From Lytechinus pictus (taxonomy: Eukaryota), in NCBI RefSeq assembly GCF_037042905.1, contig NC_087256.1, forward strand, positions 12,648,001 to 12,712,000: a DNA stretch of 64,000 nucleotides, in the 5' to 3' direction. The position numbers and the translations under genes are program-made. Below, piece by piece: positions 1 through 14,800 of the stretch (position 1 is its first letter; each line of letters begins with the position of its first letter). The notes below the pieces were generated by a model. That model saw nothing but the letters and a program-made list of their open reading frames with translations. It searched no databases and was not told the origin of the DNA.

Positions 1-1179
1 TCCCGCATGACTCCTCAGCTATAGGTCATACATAAGGGGAAATCAGGCTTTTGTGATAATTACTTTTTCGCCGCATCTTGGTCTGGTTATATGTGTAGTA
101 CATAATTCGGAAGCATGCGAAAATAAACTATGCAATATGTCCTGAAATATGACTCAAATTTGCTCGACTGGGCATGTGCGGGCACTCATCTGGCATATAC
201 AGTAATGAACAACAATATTCCACCGACCACATTTGAAATTTTTATTCGCCACGAACGATCGGAAAGTGTTAAAATCTGGTTTCAGTAAAGGACAAATTCT
301 TTCTTTTTTCACTAATTAAAGGTTAATTGATATAATCTTGGCAAATATCTTGTTGTAATAGTGCTTGGTTATTGATGTTTTGTCATGCATTCACATTTCA
401 GTTTGTTTATTAATATGAAAGATGGGAAATTGATACAATCGGATATTCGTAAAATTTCACCCCTCGGATTTCTTCACTGAAACTGGCAGCTTCGAAGGCG
501 GACATCAAAAGGTCCTTATTGCCGTTCTTTCTTTTTGTGCTTCTTTAGAAATGAACAGCTGCTTGAATTAATTTGCCTGTTGGAACTCCAGTCATAGAAT
601 CTTCTTGGTATGATTGTGAAGGTAGAGAGGAGTACATGTTTGACCAGAGATAAGATATTTCAATCTTTCAAACTATGTCTGTTTGTCTACAGCTGTAACA
701 CTGCTAAAATTATATCATTGACAAAGGTACACATAGGGAGGTGTTCTAATGATAATTATCCTGTTGACTTCAAAGTTCTGTCATTCCTTATACTTTGTAG
801 TTTGTGCATAGACCATACAGATACAGTACCAGTTTGCATAGAGTAAATATTCATTCATTGTCTTAAAGAGAGGTGTATTTATCATGGATACTACTTCTTA
901 GAAGCGCGATGCAAGTGAATTGTCATCTGTTTCAAATAGCTTACCTCTGTCTGCATTACTGAATTAACGTTGATTATGATATATTATTACTAGGCAGTCT
1001 GCAGAATCAACCTGTTAATATATAAAAATAAAAAAACAGTAACAACTAGTACAACTATATTACATTAAGGTCAATTTGGTGTCAAATCAATTCTGTTTCA
1101 TTACTACATGATGTACCTAGTACAATATCCATTGAAATGAATAGTTGCTGTATACCAGCAAAAAAATAAATATATATTT

Positions 1180-1201
1180 AGAGAGAGAGAGAGAGAGAGA
1201 G
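1180..1201. repeat. (AG)n microsatellite
   Basis: Perfect dinucleotide run. Confidence 0.9.
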
Positions 1202-2808
1202 CATATCTGTTACAATTTGTTTGGAATCTTTTTTTCTTTCAATGACCTGTGGGTGGGGAAATGGATAATCTTTTTTCAAGGGAAGGACATTGTTGAGTGG
1301 CCTTTTGTTACCTGATACACTCACAGAACCGTGAAGGTATTAGCAGTGAGTGAGTGATCTGCTCTCCTGTCCCACATTGCTTGGATGGCTATGACTGAGC
1401 TTCTGAGGTGATCCCTAACTGTGTAGCTCTGCTATGCATGAGTTGCCTTTCAATAGGAAAACACCAAGAGGACTTGTCTGGCTCTACTCCAAGTGATGGA
1501 AAACACTCGGAGGGGATTGAAATCTTTTGTATTCGTTGAAATTGAATGCTCTTTAATTGAAATGAGGAATGATATGACAGATGAATCATTTTCTGGTTCC
1601 GAACTGTCAGTTTTTAAGAACATTATCCTTCTGTGGTAAATATGACAGTGTAACATGCCTAATTTATGTGCTCTGGACTGAGCTTTCATCCAACAAGTTC
1701 GTGATATATGACATTCCCAATTTGTGTTTTTAGTAGTGTTGTAGATTGGCATATACTTTGAGGCACTATCAATGACATCCATATGAATAAATCTGCCTTG
1801 CAACCATGTTGGATTTTATAAAGGGGATCTACTTCCTGAAACGATATAGCCAAGTCTCCATGCAGAACACATGTCACTCTCGATTTCATTTTAATCTGTC
1901 GTTAATGTAGGAAATTGCATTAAATGAATGAGACAGCCTCTCAAAAGCTTCACAGGGCAAACTTTGCTAAAAGGTCATCTGCATTATGTTTTAACTGTGG
2001 AATATACTCAGGCGGTTTGCTCTGTCAACAGTGAGTACGGTTTCAGCAAACAAAGATTGTATTGACAGTATGTGGCTTGTGGGAAAGATAGGGATTGTAG
2101 ACTGGGATTTGAACAATGGGTTAGCATGGAACATTAAACACAGCTCCATTATAATGATACATTTAGATTAAAATGCTGCATAGTGCTCCTTGTATGATTC
2201 TTGTGTCACATGTTCTGCCATTCACATGTAGCTTGTTGATTTATTTTAAAGGAAATCGAGTCAAAAAGTGGTTTGAATCGTGGGAAATGAGTGTGAAAGA
2301 TGTTTGTATTCTGAAAAATAAGTGAGAATGTTATTTGCATTAGTGTATGTATGTAAGTAAAGAATGTAAGTTCATGGAGCTAAGTGTAAAAGCTGTATGA
2401 ATGAATGTGAATGTAGTGTTATTGAAAATATGTGTAATTTTGGTTCTGATTATAAGAAAAATTTTATGAATGCTGTACAATGGAAAATAAGTTTGAATGA
2501 TTATTGTTATTGTGGAAACTGTGCTATCCCCTGTGTACCATCAGATATTCATAAATTATTTGTGCTGTGTTGTTGGACAATTTGTTCGATCTGAAAACTG
2601 TCCTTGTATTTGATTGGATAAGAAGCATTATGTTTGCTGTGGAACTGAATATCTGACTGTGCAGGATGAAATATCTGAATACTCCCCAGCTTTTTTCCTG
2701 GATGTTTTGAAGAACTAATGTTTTTATGATCTAAGTATATATTTTTAAGTCAGACCACTGTTTATTTAAGTTTGAATATTATGTTTCTTCTTCTTTTTTT
2801 TTTTGCAG

Positions 2809-2894
2809 TTGTGAATTCTCTTCTAAAGGGAGAAAACGTTGGGATTACAAGACGTACTAACAGGGCTCCAGCTGTTACTACCCAAGCTACCACT
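2809..2894 (+). CDS. KDM3: KDM3 exon (first in window): [28 protein letters not shown]
   Basis: polyT-GCAG acceptor and GTAAGT donor; resembles JMJD1C N-terminal SLLKGENIGITSRRR; phase 1 in, phase 0 out. Confidence 0.85.
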
Positions 2895-5800
2895 GTAAGT
2901 ATTACACATCTCTCTATCACTGTGTCTTCAGGTTTTTTCTTTTTTTTCCAATTAATTCAATGCACTTTGAAAAAAATGTCCACATTATTACAAAAAACAA
3001 TACAACAAAGAAGCACGAAAATTAGATTGGCATATTATCCCACTCTGAAATTAAATTGTAAATTGATTGAAATAGCAGTGTAGGGTAATTAGACCTACAT
3101 GTACATTAATTTGTTGTAAGCGAAAAGCCCAAAACAAACCAAAATAATAAAGAAATCTTCCAAACGAGGACGAGGTCAGGGTTGTTTGTGAAATAGATGA
3201 AAGAAGACGGGGGAAGATCAAATTCAGAGAGATGCGGTTGCGTCACATCGACGCGATCGCCTGTAGCTCGTATTCCCTGATTTTAATAATTGCTGGAATG
3301 AACAATGAGAGACGGCAATCAATATGACAAGTGTGATGCTTTTTATTCCACTGTCTTGCTTTCCCGCTGAGTATTATCAAACTCTCTTATTATATGGGTC
3401 TGATGATCAACGTTTCTAAGAAAGGGCCTCAAGAATCGTCAACTTGCGCTCTTCAAATGCCATCAAGAAGATCAGTGATAAAGCTTCCTCTCCTAATGTA
3501 TCTCGGCCTATATATAGCGTGATGATAATAAACCCGACTCTGACTGACATCAAGAGTGATCAGTACACACACTATCAGACATGGGTTGACTAAAAAGGGA
3601 ACGATTTTTATCACTCGCAAATTGAAACGTTTTGCAATTATACATCCTGTGTGTGTGTTTGTGTGGAATGGTAATCCTACTGCCGGTGCTGCATAAAATT
3701 TGCATTTCAAGCCTGCGCTTCATTTATTACCTCAATGGTGATGTATAAAGAGTTGTAAACCCTTTTAACATGTACATGTATGTAGATTGGGTTATTAACC
3801 AGCAGTTGGAACACATTGAATTGGTTGGTATTTGAATAGGGTTGAAATTAAATGTGTGCTGAGGTAACTTTATTTATTTATAGAAAGATAAGAGGTAATC
3901 TCAAAAGAAATTCCATGAACAAAGAAGTAGATAGGCCCTATGTGATGTATATTATAAAATCATGGAATTCAATATAGAATATTATTTAATTTCGATCAAG
4001 AATCGTCAATGAGGATTTCTCATGTGATATTTTTCAAGTCTGACTAACAGGATTTCCCAGAGTTGATTTTATCTCCATGCATATTAACATGATGCCTAAT
4101 AGTAGACCAACTTGAAGTTGAATAACATGAAACAAGGTGATTTCAGACCCACCTGATCAACAAAATAAATCTGTTACAAGCTGTCTAAGCCTAAATATAT
4201 GCATATTTCTTCTCGCCTCACATGTTATAGTTCTCCTTTTTTCTGATGCAGAATTGAAAAATTTGTATGAAAGATTACCCAAGTTACCTCTTCCCTACTT
4301 TTTGGCTCAGGGATATTACAAGTACTTTACTTGCCCACTGGCAAACACCTGATGTTTTCTGTGATGGGATTGGTATGAAAGTATCTTACCCATCACATGA
4401 ACTCAAGGCATGCAAGAACTATCCTTGGAATCACCTTTGTCCTTTAAATACCCTTCAATGCCTGTCTGCATGAAGGTCTTCAGTTATCATTGTGTTTACA
4501 GATCAGATAATCTTCAATGCAACAGACTTTCCAACAACCATTAGAGCCTTGTTCATATGTGATACAGTTATCTGCTTCAAACAACTATAGCAGCCTACAT
4601 GTACCATGTACCAAATAAATGGATGAAGATGGTTTTATTGCACTTCATATTACAGTTGATATAAAATCTTTTGTATATTGTTCTCTTGGGTCTTTACAAA
4701 GAGTGTTTCATTTGTTTGCTACATCAACTCTATATGCAAACAATTATGAATTCACATAACAATCTTAAAACAGTTATGCAGGCCTTGATTGAATAATAAA
4801 ACAAAGTTGTGTGATCACTTTGTGAAAGCAATGCACTACCCAATATTTGAACAGGGCTGCAACCTCTGTTTTATTATAAGGTCATATTTCATGAACCATC
4901 TATTCAGTTATTTTCAGTGACGGATTGCCATTGGCCAATCAGATTGAAGGATTTCAGTAGCTTTTAACAGATACCTGAAAAATTGACCTAATGCTTCATG
5001 AAATACTATCCAAATGTACTAGTCGTACAGGAAATATTTACATGCTGCTATTTTCACTCCAGATCCCTTGAAATTGTCTCTTTATTGCTATCTCAAAATA
5101 TCACATCCGCTTTGAAGTTTTCCTCTTGACCTCAAATAACTAATAATGAAACTGAAAGCTTGTGTTCTCGACTGTCGTAGTCCTTGCGTCCTTCCTTGAC
5201 TTGGTTCAATCTCAAGAGCTTACAGACTGAGTAAGATTAGAATGATGATTGCCTCCTAGGACTAGAGGAAAGTTATTAGTATTATATTCAATTTAGTCAC
5301 ATTACAGAGAATGAAACTGCTGGGTCTGTAGGCTGATCTTGAAGTAATAGTATGTTGTTGAATTTCAAGTGTTAGTTTCCTGGTTGGGAACTATTGATAA
5401 TCTTCTATTATGATTTGGTATCCGGGATTGAATTTATTTTTATTTTCTTCAATAGAAATTCAAATGGTATAACAAAGATTTTATATACTTAAAAGTCACA
5501 TCTTAAAGGGTTATCTTTGATTATGTTTTATAGAAGTTTAAAATTGATATGGCTGGAACTATAGGAATTTTTTTCTTTATTTCTTCAGGAACTTAATCCC
5601 ATTTTTTATTTCACAATCTTTCTTCTGGATCTCGAGCCTAAAATTTAGTTTCTAACATGGCATTTACTTGATTTATGAGCATTCTTGTAAATGTAACCAT
5701 GCAGGATCTTGAGCAAACTCTTGGTTCTGGTCGACCATGTAGTGTTGTCAAAGAGACTCCTGCCCCTGATTTTTATATGTCAAATAGAGGTTAACCAGTG

Positions 5801-8800
5801 CCTGTAATACCCTTTTTGTCATGCACGTGATGACTCCCTATCTTGACTCTCAATCACCTTCCCTCTATCCAGACAACCCACACCCGGACAGTGCAGAGAA
5901 GCCACAGTCCAAGTCATGCCCCTTCTGGACCCCAGACTACAGTTATCAGTAACAACAGCAGTAGCAGTAGCGGAGGTAACGGTGGAAGCAGTAACAGTAA
6001 GAAGAAAAGGAAAGAAAATAAAGATGTCACCCAAGTCTCCACCCCGCCCGTTGTCCCTCAAGAACAACCAGAGAAAGCTGACAAGACTTTAGGTAAGTGA
6101 TAGTTTTTAAAGTCATTGAAACAACTAGGATCCAATGTGCATTTTTTTAATGTAGGGTCAAATAAACCTGCATGAATAATTGTAAAGAAAAGATCTTAGA
6201 ACTACATATTTGAAGAAAAAAAACATCTAAAGTTGCGCTGTTGTCTGTTGTCTTTTTCATGAGAATAAATAGAAATGTTTTTTTAAAATATGCAAAGTTG
6301 ACAGATTCAAATCTTCAGATTCAAAATCTTTTAATTTTACTCATGGGAAGAAAAATAATCTAAAAAGTGTGTGGATTTAGTAATTGCAGCACTGAACAAA
6401 AATTTGAGTCCCTAGGACATGGACCAAAATTGGAGGAATTAATGAAAGGACGATTAGTTCACTTAGTTTGTCATGAGATTTTGGGTTTCATTTAGTGTCG
6501 TAAGTCTCAGATTTTTTTTCTTCTAGTGAGTTTTAGGGTTAGGTTGAGGTTAATTCTTGTTATTTTGAGTGAAGTATTTTTATTTTTTGAGGTTGTGATC
6601 AGGATATCAGCGAGTCTAGGATGTTGACCGTGGCACAGTTATCACTACAACAGGTGTTGAATCTCACTATATTTTTCCTGTCTTCATTAAAAATTGCTGC
6701 TCACAGGAAGAAATGTCTTGATTGTTCTTGGATTAGCCCAAGGTGTTTCAGTCATTTCTAATTCTTTACATTATCAAGAATGTTAGTAGAGGAAATGAAA
6801 AACAAGTGTTTTCCTGATAGTTGGTCAATTGAAAGTTCATGGTGTTTGATACCATTGAATGAGCTGATCATAGTTACGCTCTCATGCAGCTATTATTTTA
6901 CACCTGCTTTACCATATACGCTCGTGCTCCATTATTTTATGAAAAGATGCTTGTGGGATATTTGTATGAAAGATGCAGCCTTGACTTTTGATAAGGTTCA
7001 CATTGATCATTATATCAAATATATGTAATCAATCATAGGAATAATTTCCAGGGTTAATTGTTAAAAAGCTTTTTGTTTTGGGGGCATAAGTATGCATCTC
7101 CATATTAATCAATTACATGAGGCATAGATATCTTAGACTTACTTGCCTTGTCTTCAGTCAATTTGAATCTGTTGCTCCATTGACAAAAATGTAGTGTTGA
7201 AAATGATCAGTTGAATTTTAATCTGTATTTAGCACTTTTGTAAAGCAAAGATGGGTTGGCCTTGACTTGTCTTTATGAGTTGAAAATTGCAAATGAGAGG
7301 ATATTTCCTGTCCAGTCTTAATTTATCTTGAGTAATGCGCAATTAAAAATAGGATCATATGGATTAACTCTATCGGATTAACCTGTCTTCTAAATAGCAA
7401 CATAAAATTGGAAACACAATGCAATTTAGGGTCAAAGGAGTGTGTTATTTTCTCCATACACAAATCCTGATTGATAAGCTTGATTTGTTTGCAGAGGTTT
7501 TTTTGGGTGAAACATGAAGAAAGAGCCAACTCATGCATCAGTCAGTCACCACAAAGACATTACTTGAAATCACCCCCCCCCCCTCCTTATCTCTCATATT
7601 CTATGACTCATGGTGCCAGGAAGACATTGTAATGTTCAGAGATCAATCCACAGCAAGGCCTCCTCCACATTCCAATAAACTCTGACAATATAACTAACTG
7701 GCTGACCTTGCCAAGTGATTATAGGTCATGGGTGATGGTTAAAGATAAAGAAATGTGCATGGAATAGAAATGGGGCTGTTTTATGATCATGAAACCCAAG
7801 TTTAATGGGCATTACAGATGTGATGATTTATAACCATGGCAATCAGACATGCCATGAATGTGAAAATTCTCAAGTGCTATATATATACATCCTTGTCTTG
7901 GATGTGTGAAGATATTTCCCACACATCATTTTGTGGGTCTGTCCTTTCGGGGCTGTGGTGTGTATCACCATTAACTGTTGTGTGTTGTGGTATTTTTATT
8001 GATTAATCGTTTGAAAAATCAATGTACCATGGGATTAAGAAATATTGTAAGCATCCTTGTCTGCAAACAGCATGTACCGAATCTGTTATGCTAGTTTACG
8101 GTTAGGCTTTCCTAATTGCTTGTTTTTCAATATTTTATTAGATCTTGAATTGAAAACATGCTCTTGTTATGGTCTTATACTTTAATTCCTGTTACATGAT
8201 GTTGCTTTGTAATGAAATTGTAATTTGATTATTTTGTATATTCAGAAAGGACACAGGCCTACTATTTGACCTTGTGGTTTTACTACATTGGCTAATCAAT
8301 TGTGATAAAGGTGTTTGCGCTGTCAGTCCTGGGGGATGTTTTTCAAGCAGGTGCAACTTGAAATTACACAAATTCATAACATGTCATTGCGTTAAGTGAA
8401 TGAATTAGATCATGTTCATCTAACACGTATTCACTATTCAGCAGTGAGATTATTACACGTGTTTGATATCATGTGCACATTAGCAGTTACCGAAGAGTTA
8501 GACTGTTTTAAAGGCCAAGCCTTTCTCAGAAATAACTAAGTTTTTTTGTAGAGAAAAATTACATGGTATAATGCTGATAATTTCTTCAAAATGGGGAAAA
8601 TGTGAGAAAATAGCGAAAATATGAGAAAGTGGCTTCTCTAATCTCTATGTTTTCCTGTGTTCACAAAACAGTAGATGCACATCATTGCTTATATTGAAAT
8701 GAGGGAGTTTATGATACCACACACTCCTTATTTATTTTGTATTTTATTATTCTTCGATTAGGCCTATACTTCATATGAAATATTTTAATTTGTTGATAAT

Positions 8801-11800
8801 GATTTGATTATTAAGCTCTTCCATCAGCCACAATAAAGTAAAATGAGTTTACATGTTCCATGACGAATCTAAAGTTTCACATCATCAGCGGAAAAAAATG
8901 AAATAATTGATATTTCAAGTAGTAAAATACAAAATGTGTAGGCCTAATAAATATGTGACATAAATTGGCTCCTTGATTTTCATACAGCCCATGAATGATG
9001 TGCATGTCACTGTTTTGTGAAAAAAATGCAAATTCATAGGCCCATATTTTTAAAAGAGGTTTCAATTGTACCATGGTACGAAACCATGGACTATGTGGGT
9101 TTCTTGTATTTTTGTGCTTCAATTACATGTAGGCACCCTTTACAAAAAGGGCATATTTGTAATTGGACTTAAAGTGTATGAAGTGACGCAATGAAATGAG
9201 CGTGATGTACACAAATTTTGCATAGTCCATGGTTTTGTACCATGGTATAGTTGAAACCTCTTTATAGAATGATCCATATTGTTCAAATCTTGAAAGAATT
9301 TTCTGTTCAGTACTTTTCTCTTTTCATGCAAATCATGTTTTTGCTCAGATGTACTTGACCTTTAAGGTTGTATTTGCATTGTGTGAGGGGAATATCATGG
9401 GCCAGAATTTTCCAGTTATTTGTCCATTTTAAATCATTATGCGCACATGATTCTTTTTAATTTGACATTGACTTATAGAAAGTGATTGATAAATTCCCAA
9501 TTCAATATGAAACAAGTACAGTTTATGACTCCCTACAGTCCTTTACTTGCTCTAGACTTACATCAGGTGCATAACTAATAACCTTGAGGCTTTGGGGTTT
9601 GGGGCATCATAGTTTTTTTTAGAGCAGGGCAATAAGTGTCAGATTGAAACAATTGGAGCATTAATCTTGTTGTCCAAAGACAACTGTCCCCATGTTTACA
9701 CCTCAACTAAACCTGACCTCTTACAGCATTGATGGTCCTGAAAGCCATCAGGAAAGCAGTTGTTATTCATTCCCTGGTGCACTCCAAAAAAACCAAACCT
9801 AATGGAGTTAGTCACCCCACACTCCCATGTAGTCTTATCAACCAGACGTTGGTAACACCTTGGCTGGCCAATGAGGCATGCCTCACTGGATAATGGGAGG
9901 AATGAATACATGGTGGGAAATGCAGGCCTTCATGTTGGCATCACTTGACATAAAAAAAGTATTTGTGGATAGTAAGAGGAGGATAAGAAAACAACTGAAC
10001 CCTACATGTAATGTGATAGAGAGGGGGGGGGGTGGGACCTTAACCCATGTTTTGGAACGTTGCAGGGGAGAAACAGTTGGAAAAGTGCCAAATCAAGATG
10101 GGAAGTACTTATTTATATAGTCAGAGCATAGTTTGTGCTCGAAAGGATGTTTAGAAGGATACATGAAAAAGAAATACTTGTGAAACCAAAACAGGCTTGT
10201 CAATGTACTTTAATGATTGTGCACTTGTTGATATTGTATGAAGCTTGTTATATTTTGTTAAATAATATTATTGATTTAGTCTTCAATTTCTCTGTGTACT
10301 TAATCCTTTTATTCTTACATTGTGGGATGATAAGTAAGGTGTTTATACTTATTTGTAATTATATTTATTATCTTCCTTGGGGGAGGGGCAGAGAAATTTT
10401 TAAATATTTTTATGAACTTCTTTTGTTCAAAGTTTAACATTAAATCACTGCTATTATCGATATAAAGTCTTGATACCAGGGTAAGGGTTATCCTATTCCG
10501 ATATAAAGACTGTTATTTTTTCAAATGAAACTCAAATGCCATTGGTATGCTACACTAGATATTATTTGTTATTTTCTTATGCATGTAGATATTACCTTTA
10601 ATAATTTTTATTGGCTTACAGAGGAAAATATTCATGAGACATGGAAGAAAAACCAAAAGGTCAACAGGACTTTGACAGAAGCCCGTTCAGATGTGTTCAA
10701 AATTATTTATTTCATACTCATTCCTTGTATCCAAGATTAGGAAAAGTTTCATTGATTTACACATCGCAAAATGCTCTTGCTCCAGTTAACTTCCTATTAT
10801 ATGTGAATACATTCTCAGACATTTATTTAAAAGTTGTAGTTTGAGTGTGTGAGTTATGCTGCTTTCACATTGTCTTCAGACAGATGTTTACAGTTTATGT
10901 AATTTGAGTGTGTGAGTGACGGCCAGAACATGTGAACATGCTTTCAGACGGTTCTTGACAATTAGTTAGTAATTAGAGTGTATGAGTGAAGGGTATTGGG
11001 GTCAAACACGCAGGGTGTCAAGGTACTATGATTAGCCATGTCTCTTGATGAGAGATCCTTTTAAGTGGATAATTTTACTGATTACAAGTTTCCTGTGCTG
11101 ATGACTAAAAAGATGAAACTTGCACCTCGGCAAAGATCCTTCTTTTTACTTTATAGACTTATGAAAATCTTATACTTACTCTTTTTTGGTTATTTTAGAA
11201 GAAAAAAACTATTGGTTTGAAGTTTATTGGTTACGATTAAGTACAGGTATATGTTTTTAAGGGGAGAAGTAGAGATACAATGTATATATGAAACGATAGG
11301 TTAGCGATTGATCTTAGGCTTGGCAGTTTCCTATTCCTTGTATCAAAATTAGATTTTTGCTCAGGCAATGACTGAGCATTTCAGTTGTTCATTGTATGAT
11401 TACTTCTATTATTTAACAGTCATTAGTAATTACCAGTCGAATGTCGGGCTTCATTTGCGGTAACTCCATGAACCCCAGTGGGTTATGTGTTTGAGTGTTG
11501 GGTGGTTTTGCTATTACTTGTGCTGGTTGGTTTTGGCGGCACAAACCACATTGTGGCTTGATGATTCGTAGGCCTGGCGTCATCCTGTTTCCTCTTTCAA
11601 TGAGATATGTCATCGGTCTGGAATAGTGTTAGATTCCCCTTCATTCAGCTTGCTACGCTGATGCCTGTTCAACAGGTTGTAGTTGGTACGTCTGCCTAAA
11701 CGATATGCCTCCTGAATATTTCTTTAACCTTTGCTTTTTCCTGCAGAAAAACCTGGCAAGGAGAAAACCTTAGGAACCTGTGCCAGTGCACACAAGAGCA

Positions 11801-14800
11801 AGAAGGAGAGGAAGAGAAAATCGGATGAACCAGTTGAAGAGGAGAAGAAGCCGCCATCTTGTACACCTGAGAAGCGACCAAGGTCAAATTCTGGGAATTC
11901 TGAAACATCGCAAGAACGCGTTGAGTTGAGCAAAGGTGAAACTCTTGAATCCGTTATTCCTGGTAGTGAAACAAATAAAAGTGAACCTGTATCAAAACCT
12001 GATAAAGTGTGGCAATCGAACACTACTCCTGTGCAAGTGGAATCTAAACTGAGAGAGGATATTAATGTGGTCTGTAATTCCAGTAAAACCAAGAATAAGG
12101 CAGTGAATAAACAGGAACAAGCCATTAGCAGTGATACCAAGGATTCACGTTCCTCTACTCCGGACTCGGTCAAGAAACATAAGTCAAAATCAAAGAAGGA
12201 GCACAGACTCAAACAAATAGAACCCATAGAGGATACTCCACCAGTAATACCTGCTGTTGATCAAAGCAGAGTGACTGCATCTACTAATGTGACAACCAGT
12301 GTCTCCAAACAGATGGTCGAGTCCAAAACTGAAGCAACTGGGCCTGGTGGTTTGAGGCCACCTATTCCTGAAAAGGAAGCAAACAGGAAGAACTTAAGAG
12401 AGTTTCCGTCAAATGTTCTGAGAGAACAATCACTCACATCGGCCATTGCTGGAATCATTGCTCGGGAACTGAATAGAGACTCTTCAGATGTTTCCTCAGG
12501 TGTTGGTAAGAAACCAGAACCTAATTCAGTCACATCAGGTATTTCCACATCGGAAATACAACCATCAAGTGTATGTCAGCAAATAACAAACAATAGTAGT
12601 ATTACAAAATCTAGCATTAGTGATAGATCAGTGAAAAGTGGACCAATAACCACAGCGTTATATACAAGTAGTAGCCAGCAGAGTGTGTTACCAAATAGGA
12701 CGATAGCTTCATCAAACTCTGTACCTGTGATATCACATGGCAATGGCGGATTGACAGGACTACCAGGCATGGATAGAAACTCCTCTGGAATTACAAGTGA
12801 AAATACCAAGTTATCAAACTCTACAAATCTTTCATCCAAACCTTTTGCTCCACACCCAGTGCTTGGTGAAAGAATTGCAAGACCTGAAGCAAGAGATCCA
12901 AGAAGAGAAACAAGTAGTTCAACAAGTGAAAAGAGTGAAGGTGGGAAGTCTTCTTCCACAGATAGGAGCAGAGACTCTGATCAGTCCAGGACAGACAAAA
13001 AGACAAATCTGGTCACTGACCTAAAGACTCCAGTACAGGTTTATCGGGATCCGAATTTGTCAGACTCGGAAGTGATTCATGTGGATTCAATTCAGCATCA
13101 TCCAGCTCACTTGATGAAGATAGGGGATCAGGCACAGCATACCCCTTCCCCGGGACAACACCCTATCACTCCATCCCCACACGCACTCAGGAATCCCAGT
13201 GCCACAGCAGCCCCTCCCAATCCCAGCGCCATTGTTGCCTCGCCGAGTGCCTTCGTGGCTGCACCCTCAGTCGGTCACATTCCAGCCCACCATCCCATCC
13301 AACACCACGGTCACGCCATGTTTCCTGCGCACCTCCAACTCTATCAGCAGCATCCGTTGGCCTCGCAGCTGGTCGTACCGGGACACTTCCCGCAACACCA
13401 TCTCGCAGGTCTGGATCGGCATTCGCTGCAACAGCTTCATACCCAGGGCCTCGTTGGGCTAGTCCAGCCTGATCCTATGACCAGAATTCGATTGGGAGGT
13501 ATACATGGGATTGTGTCTCCACAACATGCTGCTACTGCTCTTCAGGGGAGCATGCACACTGGCTTGACACAAGCTCAGTTGCAGGCCATACACCAACAGC
13601 ATCCTGGCTTACCACTGCCACCAAGTTGGGTTATACAGCAGGAAGAGCTGGAAAGGGCTCATCTACAACAGGTTGGTTCATTCAATCAATTATCATTAAA
13701 TGAATCTTGTTAAAATCAGTTGTTTAGCTGATGCATCTGAAATGAGTTGCTAATTGGATTAAAGTTTATTTGAACATTCATGTAGAGAGTACTAAACATT
13801 CTTTCAAATGACAGAAGGTATATGAATTTGTATATATGCAAGTAGTGATTTTACGGTGTGCTGGGGGGAGGTCGGGTGGATGGATGGTTCGTCTGTTAGT
13901 CTGTTGCAAATTTTCCATATCAAACTACATATTAGTTTTTGCTGAATGTCTGTTAATATTTCTGTTTAAAGAGAGCTCAAAGTAAATTTATTCCATGTAA
14001 TTTTGTCTGTATTTCTTCTTAATGATCTACAATGTTTCATTTGGTTTTACAGCAGAAAACCCAGGCTGCTGCCGCAGCTGCAGCTGAAAAGGGTTCCTCT
14101 GCCTTACCCCACCACCCATCAGCCCCAACCAGCCAGGTACGGATCGACCCTACCCCTTCAGCTGCTTCCAGCGTGGACAAGAAACCCCATCCTGCCCATC
14201 TCCCTGCAGGCTCTCACCCTCAGCATCACACACACCCCCAGCTGATGTCTGTCAGCCAGGCTGCCCAGGGTGGTGCCCAGGGTCTTGTAGGACATGAAGC
14301 AGCAGCCGCAGTAGCTGCTCACCATGCTAGACATCAGTATCAGGAACTGGATGCACAGGTTAGTAAGAAGACGGCAAACCTGATGCATTGTCATTTTATT
14401 ATTAGCACTAGATATTGGTACAGGTCAAGTTTATAATTAGAAGTCCCCCTAGGGTGTTTCATAAAAGCTGTTCATAAACTTATGCCGGACTATAGGAACA
14501 AGTGGAATATGGTGTCCTCAACTTAAACGGTAAACTTTCTATTTTTACAAGATTTTTTTAAACATTAATGTTATTTAATCAATCTGTAGCTTAAATGAGT
14601 CTTGACATCACTGTTAACATCAGCATTTAAAAATTTCAGCTAATGCATTTAAGAATGATTTTGAACCATGCTTTGCTTTTTTCCCCCCAGTAGTTTGTAA
14701 AATTGTGTGTACTTCTACAAATGCTCTAGGAATAGTTTTATAAAACAGCCCCTGGGTTTGTGTACAGTCTTCAGGATCTTTCTTGGTCCATCTTACTTTC

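Noticed and set aside
1-560. CpG-richer segment that may be a transposon end or promoter
   Set aside because: Truncated by the window edge; no TIR/TSD pair or motif could be confirmed.
11696-13006. Several minus-strand and alternative-frame ORFs (up to 167 aa)
   Set aside because: Shadows of the large KDM3 exon with no independent domains or splice logic; the same applies to ORFs overlapping 17085-19100, 26709-27404 and 31460-31900.
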